Of a DNA stretch of 64,000 nt, positions 1 through 11,570 are shown piece by piece. How positions within the stretch are numbered: the stretch's first letter is position 1; each line of letters opens with the position of its first letter. The notes beneath the pieces are model-generated. The model worked only from the letters and a program-made list of their open reading frames with translations. It had not been told where the DNA came from and did no database searches. The DNA lies in the NCBI RefSeq assembly GCF_004010195.1, contig NC_057758.1:1815542-1879541 (forward strand), written 5' to 3'. This DNA is from Chiloscyllium plagiosum (taxonomy: Eukaryota). The position numbers and the translations under genes were made by a program.

Positions 1-744
1 TAACAAAGAGATGGGGTACTGGGCTAATGGTCGGATACTTGGTAGTGTGGATGAGCAGAGGGACCTTGGTGTCCATGTACACGGATCTTTGAAAGTTGCC
101 ACCCAGGTAAATAGTGCGGTGAAGGCGGCATATGGCGTACTGGCTTTTATTGGTAGAGGAATTGAGTTCTGGAGTACTGAGGTCATGTTGCAGTTTTATA
201 AGACTCTGGTGCAGCCTCATCTGGAGTATTGTGTGCAGTTTTGGTCGCCATACTATAGGAAGGATGTGGTGGCACTGGAACGGGTGCAGAGGAGGTTTAC
301 CAGGATGTTGCCTGGTATGGTAGAAAGATCGTATGAGGAAAGGCTGAGGCACTTGGGGTTGTTTTCATTGGAGAAAAGAAGGTTTAGGGGTGACTTGATA
401 GAGGTGTATAAGATGATTAGGGGTTTAGATAGGGTCGACAGTGAGAATCTTTTTCCTCGTATGGAGTCAGCTATTACAAGGGGGCATAGCTTTGAATTAA
501 GGGGGGGTAGGTATAGGACAGATTTTAGGGGTAGGTTCTTTACTCAGCGAGTTGTGAGTTCATGGAATGCCCTGCCAGTAGCAGTGGTGGACTCTCCCTC
601 ATTATGGGCATTTAAGCGGGCATTGGATAGGCATATGGAGGATAGTGGGCTAGTGTAGGTTAGGTGGGCTTGGATCGGCGCAACATCGAGGGCCGAAGGG
701 CCTGTACTGCGCTGTATTCTTCTATGTTCTATGTTCTATGTTCT
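1..744 (+). mobile_element. CR1/HER1-like LINE, young 3' end (open RT C-terminus 11-658, 3' UTR, (TTCTATG)n tail)
   Basis: ORF has CR1 motifs PHLEYCVQFWSP, LERVQRRFTRM, RGDLIEVYK, FFTQRVV..WNALP; tandem tail at about 720-744. Confidence 0.95.
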
Positions 745-1249
745 AATCTTGCGTTGCACTTTCTTGGCGTTTTACAGTAAAAAAATAAATTGAAAAATCA
801 TATTCATCCATGTTTTCCAGTGGTCCAATGAAAGAGGGTGCAACATTTGAAATGTCAGAAAATTAAATGTCCATTGCTATCTGGAAGAAATGTATCCGAT
901 AACCTGGCTCCAGACAACGTAATAAAATTCATAAAATACGTGAGCCATATTTTCATATTAGCATCTTAATTGTTGCATTCAATCTGTTTATCTATCTTGT
1001 TTTTAATGATGAGACGTTTGAGAAACTATGTCAAGGAAATATGTTCGATGAATTGCATTCTGAACATTCAAAAAAATGAATGCTATAGTTGATATTAAGA
1101 GGGATTCACGGAATTAGTACTGCTTCAGAGTAAGCTCTGGCGATTGGATCTGAAAGGTTATTCACATTTAGCTGCATGTTTACAATACACGCGATTCTGT
1201 GACAGCTGCTGACCATTGTGCAAGTATCAGTGAACGTCTTGAATCATTA

Positions 1250-1636
1250 CTTTACGATGAAGGGAAAGTCTTTGATGAGGCAGCTGGTGGTGTATTGACA
1301 TGAACCACTGTCTCAGGCCACCGGTCCAGACAATGGAGGGACGATGTGATTCGTCTCTAACATTAAATTCTCTCTTGCTCGCAATTGGTATGATTTCCTC
1401 TGGCTGCATGCTTTGGACCTGATTCATTTTAATTGCACGTGCACGTATATCTGGTGAACTCAGTAAAATGTTACCTTCGTGATAAGTGATCTGTTCTCAC
1501 TTCTAAAGTGTGCTTTACACACCAAAAGAATGCTATCATTTCAGGAGCCATGCAATATTGCCAGAACATAAGATGACTGTCCATTTGGCACTTATTATTG
1601 TGCATTTGCCATGTTAAGATAATGCAATGACATCTT
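1250..1636 (-). pseudogene. Decayed IgSF V-set exon relic
   Basis: Strong acceptor (tctttctttaattacag). Frame-broken motifs in V order: VPNGQS / ILCS, AFFWCVKH, TSSL, DSGS (1301-1312). Confidence 0.35.
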
Positions 1637-1749
1637 CTGTAATTAAAGAAAGATCAGAGTGGACTGAGAGGGTTAGAACTAGTTCTACATGAACTCTCAG
1701 CTCAAAAACTGCATGAATTTATGTAAAACTCTGTTATCTCACATGTAGA

Positions 1750-2110
1750 TTGGAATCAATCTAAACATCAGGTCATAGACAGAGAACACAGGGGGCTAAC
1801 ACCTTCAACATATTGTCTAGCTATCACCATTGTTAACAGCTAACCCGAGAATGCAACTTAAAAAAAAGGGTTTTGTGATTTACACATGAAAGAATTGAAA
1901 CTATCTCTGTATTCTAACAGATGAAAGGCTTAACAGACAATCAATTCTTCAATGTATAATTTCAGTTACATCACACTGCAAATTTTTGCTATAAATTCTG
2001 TGTTACGATCGAGCCCTCCACAATCACCTGATGAAGGAGCGTCGCTCCGAAAGCTAGTGTGCTTCCAATTAAACCTGTTGGACTATAACCTGGTGTTGTG
2101 TGATTTTTAA
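1750..2110 (+). mobile_element. Penelope-like element 3' end/pLTR fragment
   Basis: Same family as 18070-18820 (opposite strand); contains a hammerhead motif. Confidence 0.7.
2025..2059 (+). ncRNA. Minimal hammerhead ribozyme motif in a PLE pLTR
   Basis: cac-CTGATGA-a-ggagc(gtc)gctcc-GAAA-gcta-gtg: core, helix II, helix I cac/gtg and palindromic AGCT helix III. Confidence 0.75.
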
Positions 2111-2269
2111 GAAAAGAAATCATCCTCGACCTTCAGAAAAATCTATTTATTTGTGCGTTTAAAGAAAACGCTCAAAGACGTTTTCAGCTCGTTATTAAGG
2201 AAACTATTTCAAATCTTTTGGGTCTGTCTGAGAAACAGAAAACAAAGTCTCGTCATCTGAATGGTCAAT

Positions 2270-3185
2270 GAGCAACCACTGATGAGGATGTAGAAGGATA
2301 GGTTAGTACATTTTCGAATGGCACTAAAGTTGGTGGAGTTGTGGACAGTACAGATAGATGTTGCAGGTTACAGAGGAGCATGAAGCAGTAGAGCTGGGCT
2401 GAGAGGTTGCAAATGCAGTTTAAAGCGTAAAAGTATGAGGTGATTCTTTGGAGTGAGTAACAGGAAGGCAGAGTACAGGGATAGTGGTAAGATGTCTGGT
2501 AGCATGGATGAGCAGAGAGATCTTGGTTTCTATGAGCAAAGTTCCCTGTAAGATGCCACGCAGAATGATAGGCTTGTTATGAAGTCATACAGCGTATTCG
2601 CCTTTATTGTGGAGGAGTTGGGTTTCAGAGCCATGAGATCATGTTACAGCTGCAAAAAAACTCTGGTGCCGCCGTACTTGGGGTATTGCAGACAGTTCTG
2701 TTCGCCACATTATAGTAAATATGTGAAAGCATTTGGAAGGGTGCAGAGGATGTTTACCATGATGTTACCTGGTATGGAGGGAAGGTCATATGAGGAAATG
2801 TTAAGGGTTTTGAGGCTGTTTTTGTTAGAGAGAAGAAGGTCAGGAGGTGACTCAATTGAGACATACAAGGTGATCAGAGGATTAAATAGGGTGGTCAGTG
2901 AAAGCGTTTATCCTCGGATAGTGATGGCTAGCACGTGGGTACATAGTCTTCAATTGATAGTGATAGATATAGCACAGATGTCAGAGGTTGGGTCTTCGTT
3001 CAGAGAAGAGTAAGGGCGTGAAATGCCCTTCCTGTACCAGTAGGGGACTCAACAGAATTAAGGGTATTTAAACTGTCATTTGATAAACATATGAAGAGTA
3101 ATGGAATAGTGTAGGTTAGTTTGACTTTCGATTAGTTTTACAAGTCGATGCAACATCGGGCTTTGAAGGGCCTGCACTGTAATAC
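2270..3185 (+). mobile_element. CR1 LINE 3' part, decayed
   Basis: ORF 2579-3013 has PYLGYCRQFCSP and RVQRMFTMMLPG; CR1 3' UTR follows. Confidence 0.9.
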
Positions 3186-3214
3186 GCTGTGATGATAAAC
3201 AATAACGTCTCATT

Positions 3215-3480
3215 TTAAATTAAGGGAACACATTCATTCCGAAAAGACTTCTCAGAATGTTTGTCATTTTAACCAAGTTATGACATGGAGATATTCCGTG
3301 GTATTAGTCGACAAAATATTCTCTAAACTGAATGAGGCTTCGTTGCATGCAACGTTATTGGAGTTGGTGACGAAATAATTCCAGGGATATTCCCACGAGG
3401 ATCGTTGAAATGTAACCTCATTGTTTCAGCATTCATTACTGATCTGAACAATTGTAATATTCTATTCGCATCCTTTTTTT
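3215..3480 (+). pseudogene. Possible partial V-set relic (duplicated at about 5020-5284)
   Basis: KTSQNVCHF, then HGDIPWY (TGG 3299-3301) and SRQ in the adjacent frame. Confidence 0.25.
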
Positions 3481-4525
3481 GAATCTGCATGATGACGATT
3501 GGCTCATAAACACATACCTCCGCATCTCAACACACGGCAACACCTCACTATTTTGTGATATGCGTCTTCTTTTCATTCTTCCTGAGTAAATGGTCAATTT
3601 AATGTTTCTCCATTATGTTTCATTTTGTCACGTATTTGTACTCTTAGTTGAAATATCGACATAGCTTTTAACCACGTGTCCTCTTCACAACTTATTTGCT
3701 TACCCAAAGTTGTGTCACCAGCCCAATTTTTTATTCGCAATCTCAGCTTTTTGTATATATTATAGTTAATTCATGTCGAAGCATTGTTTGAAGTTGAACG
3801 TTTCTCTGCGTTTTTGGTCAGTCACCTATTATTTCTTTAATGCAAGGGAGTTTCCCGATGCATCTGAAGTTTTATTTTCAACTGTCACCTCCAACGTAGC
3901 AACATGGCTGCTGATTTATGAACAGTGCAGGAGTAGACGAAAGCAGTTTGCATTTGGAATTGAATAGATTATAGGCCATCTGAATGGTGCTGTTTTCTTT
4001 TACTTTCATGTTCACATCAAAGACCTTTCACTGATTTTCTTCATAGTCTTTTTGAGTTGGTGTTTTGTTTACTCAAAAATAGACACCAATATTTTCTCAA
4101 ATAGTCAGTTTCGATTAATTACTGTCCTCGAATACAATGTGTCCTCCTTTCTCTTCATTAAATAGAAGTCTAGATATTTTATTGTGTGCCCATTAGTGTT
4201 AACTTCCCCAGTGTAAAAAACATCTGACAACATCTATCCTGTGAATCCGATAAAAATGAAATATGTTTCAAGGCTACCAGCTATCTTTTTCTTTGAAGTT
4301 CAGACCATTATGAGTTATAGTAATCAGTTTCAGTAACGCCCTCATATGCACGATGTGAACTATTCCAAAGCGTATCCATCCTGAAGTAAAGACAAACGCT
4401 GCAAGAATCGAACTGTGCAATGTGCTTAAAACTGCTGTGAAAGAAACCTGTCCATGCTACGTCGCATAATTTGAATCTTTGTATTTTGATCAAGTATCTT
4501 CTAAAGCATTTTTAAAGCTATCTAT

Positions 4526-4840
4526 TAGATTAGATTACATTATTATTAGATTAGATTACATTACAGTGTGGAAACAGGCCCTTCGGCCCAACAAGTCCAC
4601 ACTGACCCGCCGAAGCGAAACCCACCCATACCCCTACATTTACCCCTTACTTAACACTTCGGGCAATTTAGCACGGCCAATTCACCTGACCCGCACATCT
4701 TTTGGACTGTGGGAGGAAATCGGAGCACCCGGAGGAAACCCACACAGACACGGGGAGAACGTGCAAACTCCACACAGTCAGTCGCCTGAGGCGGGAATTG
4801 TACCCGGGTCCCTGGCGCTGTGAGGCAGCAGTGCTAACCA
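4526..4840 (-). mobile_element. HE1-like tRNA-derived V-SINE, 5'-truncated
   Basis: V-SINE core (tgggtttcctccgggtgctccg on minus), CR1-like tail and (tagat)n. Confidence 0.9.
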
Positions 4841-5394
4841 CAGTAGGGGGCTCAACAGAATTAAGGGTATTTAAACTGTCATTTGATAAACATATGAATG
4901 GTAATGGAATAGTGTAGGTTAGTTTGACTTTCGATTAGTTTTACAAGTCGATGCAACATCGGGCTTTGAAGGGCCTGCACTGTAATACGCTGTGATGATA
5001 AACAATAACGTCTCATTTTAAATTAAGGGAACACATTCATTCCGAAAAGACTTCTCAGAATGTTTGTCATTTTAACCAAGTTATGACATGGAGATATTCC
5101 GTGGTATTAGTCGACAAAATATTCTCTGAACTGAATGAGGCTTCGTTGCATGCAACGTTATTGGAGTTGGTGAATAAATAATTCCAGGGATATTCCCACG
5201 AGGATCGTTGAAATGTAAACTCATTGTTTCAGCATTCATTACTGATCTGATCTGAACAATTGTAATATTCTATTCGCATCCTTTATTGAAAAACTTTTTG
5301 AAATCTTTTACAAAACATCTTGACCACTCTATACACCTGTGCAGCAACGTTCAGGACACAATGGACCTGAACTCCCAGACCTCTCTGCTCATTC

Positions 5395-6365
5395 GGGGGG
5401 GAAATTGCGGTATCGTCGACCCCGTCGGGGGNNNNNNNNNNNNNNNNNNNNNNNNNNNNNNNNNNNNNNNNNNNNNNNNNNNNNNNNNNNNNNNNNNNNN
5501 NNNNNNNNNNNNNNNNNNNNNNNNNNNNNNNNNNNNNNNNNNNNNNNNNNNNNNNNNNNNNNNNNNNNNNNNNNNNNNNNNNNNNNNNNNNNNNNNNNNN
5601 NNNNNNNNNNNNNNNNNNNNNNNNNNNNNNNNNNNNNNNNNNNNNNNNNNNNNNNNNNNNNNNNNNNNNNNNNNNNNNNNNNNNNNNNNNNNNNNNNNNN
5701 NNNNNNNNNNNNNNNNNNNNNNNNNNNNNNNNNNNNNNNNNNNNNNNNNNNNNNNNNNNNNNNNNNNNNNNNNNNNNNNNNNNNNNNNNNNNNNNNNNNN
5801 NNNNNNNNNNNNNNNNNNNNNNNNNNNNNNNNNNNNNNNNNNNNNNNNNNNNNNNNNNNNNNNNNNNNNNNNNNNNNNNNNNNNNNNNNNNNNNNNNNNN
5901 NNNNNNNNNNNNNNNNNNNNNNNNNNNNNNNNNNNNNNNNNNNNNNNNNNNNNNNNNNNNNNNNNNNNNNNNNNNNNNNNNNNNNNNNNNNNNNNNNNNN
6001 NNNNNNNNNNNNNNNNNNNNNNNNNNNNNNNNNNNNNNNNNNNNNNNNNNNNNNNNNNNNNNNNNNNNNNNNNNNNNNNNNNNNNNNNNNNNNNNNNTCC
6101 CGACCTCTCCGCCCCCACCCCCGTCTGACCTATCACCCTCACCTTGACCTCTTTCCACCTATCACATCTCCGACGCCCCTCCCCCAAGTCCCTCCTCCCT
6201 ACCTTTTATCTTAACCTGCTGGACAAACTTTCCTCATTCCTGAAGAAGGGCTTATGTCTGAAACGTCGATTCTCCTGTTCCCTGGATGCTGCCTGACCTG
6301 CTGCGCTTTTCCAGCAACACATTTTCAGCTCTGATCTCCAGTATGTGCAGACCTCACTTTCTCCT
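5395..6365. mobile_element. Neptune-type PLE spanning gap 5432-6097; pLTR on + with hammerhead motif at 6240-6267
   Basis: 6098-6365 matches the reverse complement of 44117-44343; CTGAAGAAGGGCTTATGTCTGAAACGTC. Confidence 0.8.
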
Positions 6366-7849
6366 AATTGCTAATACTAAGCAGGCCATTTAAAAATAAA
6401 CAAGGAAATCAATTTTAAACCTATGTATTAAAAGTAGAGCAAGACAGAATATGTAAAGTTAGCTGGAACCATTTTTATAAGGGAGGGCTGGTCAATTGTA
6501 ATGTCTCTGCGATGGCACATCCAGACGTGAATCCAAACAGCGGAAGTTGTAGGGATGTTGCAATTGAATATGTTAAACATCTGCAGAGGAAAGACAAATT
6601 GTGAGAAAAATAGAGAAAACCCACGAAGAAACATAGAACAAAACCGAGACTATAGAAGTCTATTCGAATTCAATGGCAAAACAAGTGAGAAAAAATGTTA
6701 AAGATGTCTATTGATGAAGGAAAAAAAAGTGATCAGAAGGCTGGAAAAAGACTTTAAATGTAAAAGAGAAAATCAGGAAGGGCATCCAAGGAGAAAAAGA
6801 AAGTGATTTGGAAAAGCGAACAAGTAGATTTTAGGAGATGATTTTTGTTTTAAAACGAAGATATGGAAATGACAAGGAGAGTAGTTTGTTTCTGCATGAA
6901 AATATATCAATGATGGAAGAATGACAATAAAACTCCGGAAATAAATGAGCATTTAACAAAAACTGTGAAATAATTGCTGTAGGGTATACCAAATTAAAAT
7001 GCAGATTGAGAAAGAATGAAACTCAGGGTTCCTTCTGGAAATGTATCAAACCAGCAAAGGAAGGCGTGATTCTTAGGACACCAAGAAGATTAAAAAGAAT
7101 GAAGCGATAGCTGCAACTCAAACAATTTTAGCTAGCAAAGATCAGGAAGTGCAGCATTGAAAGGAAGAGGAGGTTTGAATAAACCAGGGATTATGTCGAG
7201 TTTTCCTGAATGAAGCTAAAAAAAATTGCTTTGGAAAAATCAAAGCACGCATCTAAGTAAAGTGATGTGTGATTAGCATTGAATGGACATTCGAAATATT
7301 TCAAATATTCAAATCTCCGAAGAAAGAAAATACTTGGGATAAGTCATCTTCCACGATTTCATAGACGATTGGAAAGCCGTGAATTTCTGTTGTTATCAAT
7401 GCTTGGAAAAAGGCGCACAAGTGTAATTTTTCCGTAAAGGCAAGTGGAGGTAATAACTGGGAGATCAATAGAACATTACATTTATGTTCGTCTGTCTAGA
7501 AACGAAGTCTGAATGTTTGATAGGCTTCTTGGAGTTCACGAGAAGAGTTGACAATAATGCAATCATATGTACAATGAACCAACAACAAGAAGCAGGTAAT
7601 GCGGGAAATGTGAATTCTTGATTCAAGTCTAATTGCACCAAGGATCAGTCCAAAAGAGATTCCACTTTATGATTAGTCTGAATGTTGGAACGAAACAAGT
7701 GAGATGTTCAATTCCTTGTTCCCATCTGTTCATGTAACTGTAGACATTGTGACTGGGCTTTTGGGATCATCCCTGGATCTGTGATGTTCTGGCAAACAAA
7801 TAAGATACACGCAAGTGAAGGTCAAAAGACCAGAGGATCGTACATGGCC

Positions 7850-8220
7850 TGGCAATGTTATTAAGTTCATAAAATTGGTCTAAACACCTTGAAGATGACG
7901 GTGAAGATATTGGTGATTCTAGCAGTATATAAAGGTTATTTATTCTATTTTTCTTCATGGGATGAGTTTGTCAGCAGTAATTCCCCATCCTTGATTGCTC
8001 AGGTGGTACATAAGTATCTAAAGTTAAGGACATTTCGTAAAGCAACGTCTCAACTTTAGTTTATTGAATGGGAAGAAAGAAAATAGAATGTCTTGTCGTT
8101 CTACATTGTCGCTGATTCTGAAAGGAATGACCAAAATACAATTTAACGTAACTTTGTTATTTAGTGCTGAAACATGGGTCACAATGAGAAGGGATGGATC
8201 TTGCGTGAGGCGGAGTGATA
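7850..8220 (-). pseudogene. Decayed IgSF V-set exon relic
   Basis: Phase-1 acceptor gatttcttttcag, then VSLRLTQDPSLLIVTHVSALNNKVTLNC (A-B strands); later ELLLTNSSHEE and FIYC. Confidence 0.5.
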
Positions 8221-8289
8221 CTGAAAAGAAATCTTTGCAAATTACCTGGTCAATAACCAGTAAATCAGACAAAATCAAGAACGATGGAT

Positions 8290-11200
8290 ACTGGAAATCT
8301 GAAACAAAATAAATTTGCCAGAAAATCCAAAAGGTCTAGCAGCATGGTGAAGAGAAATTGGAAATAATATTTAATGTCCAGTGACCCCTCTTCAGAACTG
8401 ATAGTAGCTCGGAAAAATGATGTTTTTCTTTACACAATATGGGGTGGTGGAGGTAGACAGTAAAGGTAATTGGATATAGATAAAGAGAGCGAAAAACTGT
8501 TAGTCAGAAAAAATGAACTCTTAAAGGTTCATCACGGGAATGATTAGCTGTAAAAGGTGGTTATGAGTGGCCTTTTAGTTTGATAGTGTATGGTGACATC
8601 CCATGTAAAGACCACGCCTGATTTCTGGCATTGGGAGAAAGTATGGGAAATGTTTTCAAATCCTCAAAATTATTGAATTGCATATTAAGTCCAGATGACT
8701 ACACGTTACTCAGGTGATAATGAGATGCCGTGGTACCGGTTTATGCTAGGCACAATCAAAGTACTTCCAGAAGTCTGAAACATACATGTTGGCCGCTGAA
8801 AAATGTGGTGTAATGAAGTAACAAGCAATAAGAAGTTTAAGGTCATATTTACACACAGAACGGGGTGTTCTCGGAAGCGACAACTGAGTCTGTGCTTTGC
8901 TGCCCCAGTTTAGACAGTACAACATTCTGGCCAGAGAATGCATTGGACTTGAATGTGTAAAGCGTAAGTAAAACGCAGATTCATCTGGACGTTGTTTCTG
9001 GAGTCATGGGTGGCCTTGGAAGAGAGAGAAAGCAACAGGCAGATGTTGCACCTTCTGCAGTTGCAGCGGAAAGTGTTGTGAAGCCGTGGGAAGCGTTAGA
9101 CGTAAAGGAAGAATGAACCAGAATGCACGAGAGGGAACCATCTTGGTTGGAGCCTGATAAGGTAGGGAAAGTCAAAAATGTGTCTGGTCATCGCATGCAG
9201 CTGGAGATGTCGGAAATGGTGATTAATGAAACTCTGGATGTGGACGTTGGTGGAATGTGGGAATTGGGGACAAGGGAAAAGTTATGGCTAAAGTAGGAGG
9301 GAAGAGATGTGGTAAGGACTGAAGTGCGGGAGATGGATTGGATCCGGCCAAGTGACCAGTCAACATTGCTGGGCAATGCTCTGGTAAGTAAGGAGATGCA
9401 TGTTTCAGAATCCCATATTTACATTGACTTTGCCAAAAAGTTGCAACACAGATGAAGGAACTGGGAGAATGGAATGGGGACTTTAAAAGACACAGGAGAA
9501 ATGATGGTTAATCAAGGTAAATATGTAGTCAATGAGTTTCTAGTAGGTATTGATAGCTAGCGTAACTGCATAAATGGAAATAGGGAGGCGAAGGAAGGGA
9601 AGGAAGGGGAAGACTCAGAGAACAAAGGCTGGTAAGTACGGTTAATGCTGGATGACTAAACAAAATGAGGTTTTGGTTAAAAGAAAGAAGGACACATATG
9701 TTAGGTATGGATAGGATCCTTACAGAAGTATAAAGGCAAGAGGAGTATACTTAAGAGACAAATCAGGAGGACAAAAAGGGGACATGCGATAGCTTTGGCA
9801 AATAGTGTTAAGAAGAATCCAAAGGCTTTTTACAAATACGTTAAGTCAAAAGAGTACCTAGAGAGAGAATAGGGCTCCTCAAAGATCAGCAAGGCAGCCG
9901 TTGTGTTGAGCAGCAGGAGATGGGGGAAATACTAAACGAGTATTTTGTAACAGTATTTATTGTGGAAAAGGACATGGAAGACATAGAATGTATGGACATA
10001 GACGGTGACATCTTGCAAAATGTGCATATTAAAGAGGAGAAAGTGCTGAATGTTTTGAAACGCATAAAAGTGGATAAATCCCCAGCACCTGTTCAGGTGT
10101 ACCCTAGAACACAGTGGGAAGCTATGGAAGTGATTGCTAGGCAGTTTCCTGAGATGTTTGTATCATTGATAGTCATAGGTGAGGTACTGGAAGACTTGAG
10201 GTTGGCTAACATGGTGCAACTAAAGGTGGTAAGGACAAGCCAGGGAACTATAGACCAGTGAGACTGACGTCGCTGGTAGGCAAGCTGTTGGAGGAAATCC
10301 TGATGGACAGAATGTACATGTATTTGGAAAGCCAAGGTTTGTTTAAGGATAGTCAACATGGCTTTGTGCTTCGGAAATCATGTCTCACAAACTTGATTGA
10401 TTTGTTTGAAGAAGTAACAAAGAAGATTAATGAGGGCAAAACGGTGGGCGTTATCCATATGGACTTCAGTAAGGCATTCGACAAGGTACCCCAGTGGAGA
10501 CTGGTTAGCACGGTAAGATCTCATGGAAGACAGGGAGAACTAGCTATTTGGATAGAGAACTGGCTCGAAGGTAGAAGACAGAGGTTTGGAGGGGTATGGG
10601 CCAGGTGCTGGCAGGTGGGATTAGATTGGGATGGGATATCTGATCGGCATGGACGAGTTGTACTGAAGAGTCCGTTTCCATGCTGTGCATCTATGAGTCT
10701 AAGTGAAGAGAAGACTCAGAGTTAGACCATGTGAAGGTTGGAGCAATGTTGCAATTGGAGCTGAATAGGTAGGCATTACAAAATTCGAACCAAAGCTGGA
10801 AGCAACAACACTTTTATCGATTTCCCTGAGAAACAGTTGCGATGAGGTCCGGGTTAGGACTGGAAGAAGAAATGTTCCTCATAACATGCAAAGAGAAGGT
10901 TGTAACTGGAACCCATGGTTGCCCCCTTCGACCTGACGAATTTGAGATTAATTAGAGGTTTAGCGTTCAAGTTGAGGAAAATCTCGACTCATGCCTTTTT
11001 CCAGGGAGAAGCGAAGAGTTCTGTGAGGACGCTGAAGGGGAATTGATGTGTCTCGGCATTGCATGCCCATGCGATGCAGGGAATGGCTGGAGCAAACTGG
11101 AAAATCTGAAAACTGACTTAAAGGAACGGAGGAATTGAAGGTGCAAGTTGGAAGGAACTGGGCAAGAACAAAAACACATCGATTACTGTTTGAAAAAGAT

Positions 11201-11570
11201 AAGTTCTGTGTGGTGAGAACACGCAAGAAACAGCAGGTCTGCCAGGGAGGTCGTGTTTGTGAATTCAGGGAAGGGGAAGAAGCCGGCTGTGTGGAGCGAT
11301 GAGACTTCGAGAAATAGAGGAGATGTCATCGAATGGAATAAGATTAGTGATCATTGTGAATGCAATGACCTGATGTTTCATGGTGGCATTCAGTTTGTAC
11401 TGAGTAAGTGGAGTGCAGTCAGTTCAGAAGAAGACAGGTTCTCATCGTTAAGGGGAGGGGCAGAGAAATTTAGGCGACCAATGTCATGTCCACCGTTCTC
11501 AGTGAACTCGTCCAGTTCAGGATCTAGATTAGAGTGGTGCTGGAAATGTACAACAAGTCAGGCAGCACCC
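8290..11570 (-). mobile_element. Old Neptune-type PLE (RT, Cys linker, GIY-YIG remnants) interrupted by a CR1
   Basis: Minus-strand TFRCNCRRCNIC (about 9036-9075), RFREH, TSIP RT motif; decayed pLTR near 8300-8400. Confidence 0.7.
9621..10703 (+). mobile_element. CR1 LINE, internally deleted, flanked by TSD
   Basis: QHGFVLRKSCLTNL and MDFSKAFDKVP; TSD gaagactcagag at 9609-9620 and 10710-10721. Confidence 0.9.

Larger units (their letters stand above)
3038..5284 (+). repeat. About 440-bp near-identical direct duplication (3038-3476 and 4841-5284)
   Basis: Both copies run cagtaggg..ctcaacagaattaaggg...ttctattcgcatcc with only scattered differences. Confidence 0.95.

Noticed and set aside
5283..6214. 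Long ORFs of 278-291 aa (and those at 33970-34995 and 44401-44856)
   Set aside because: Artefacts of translating through N gaps.
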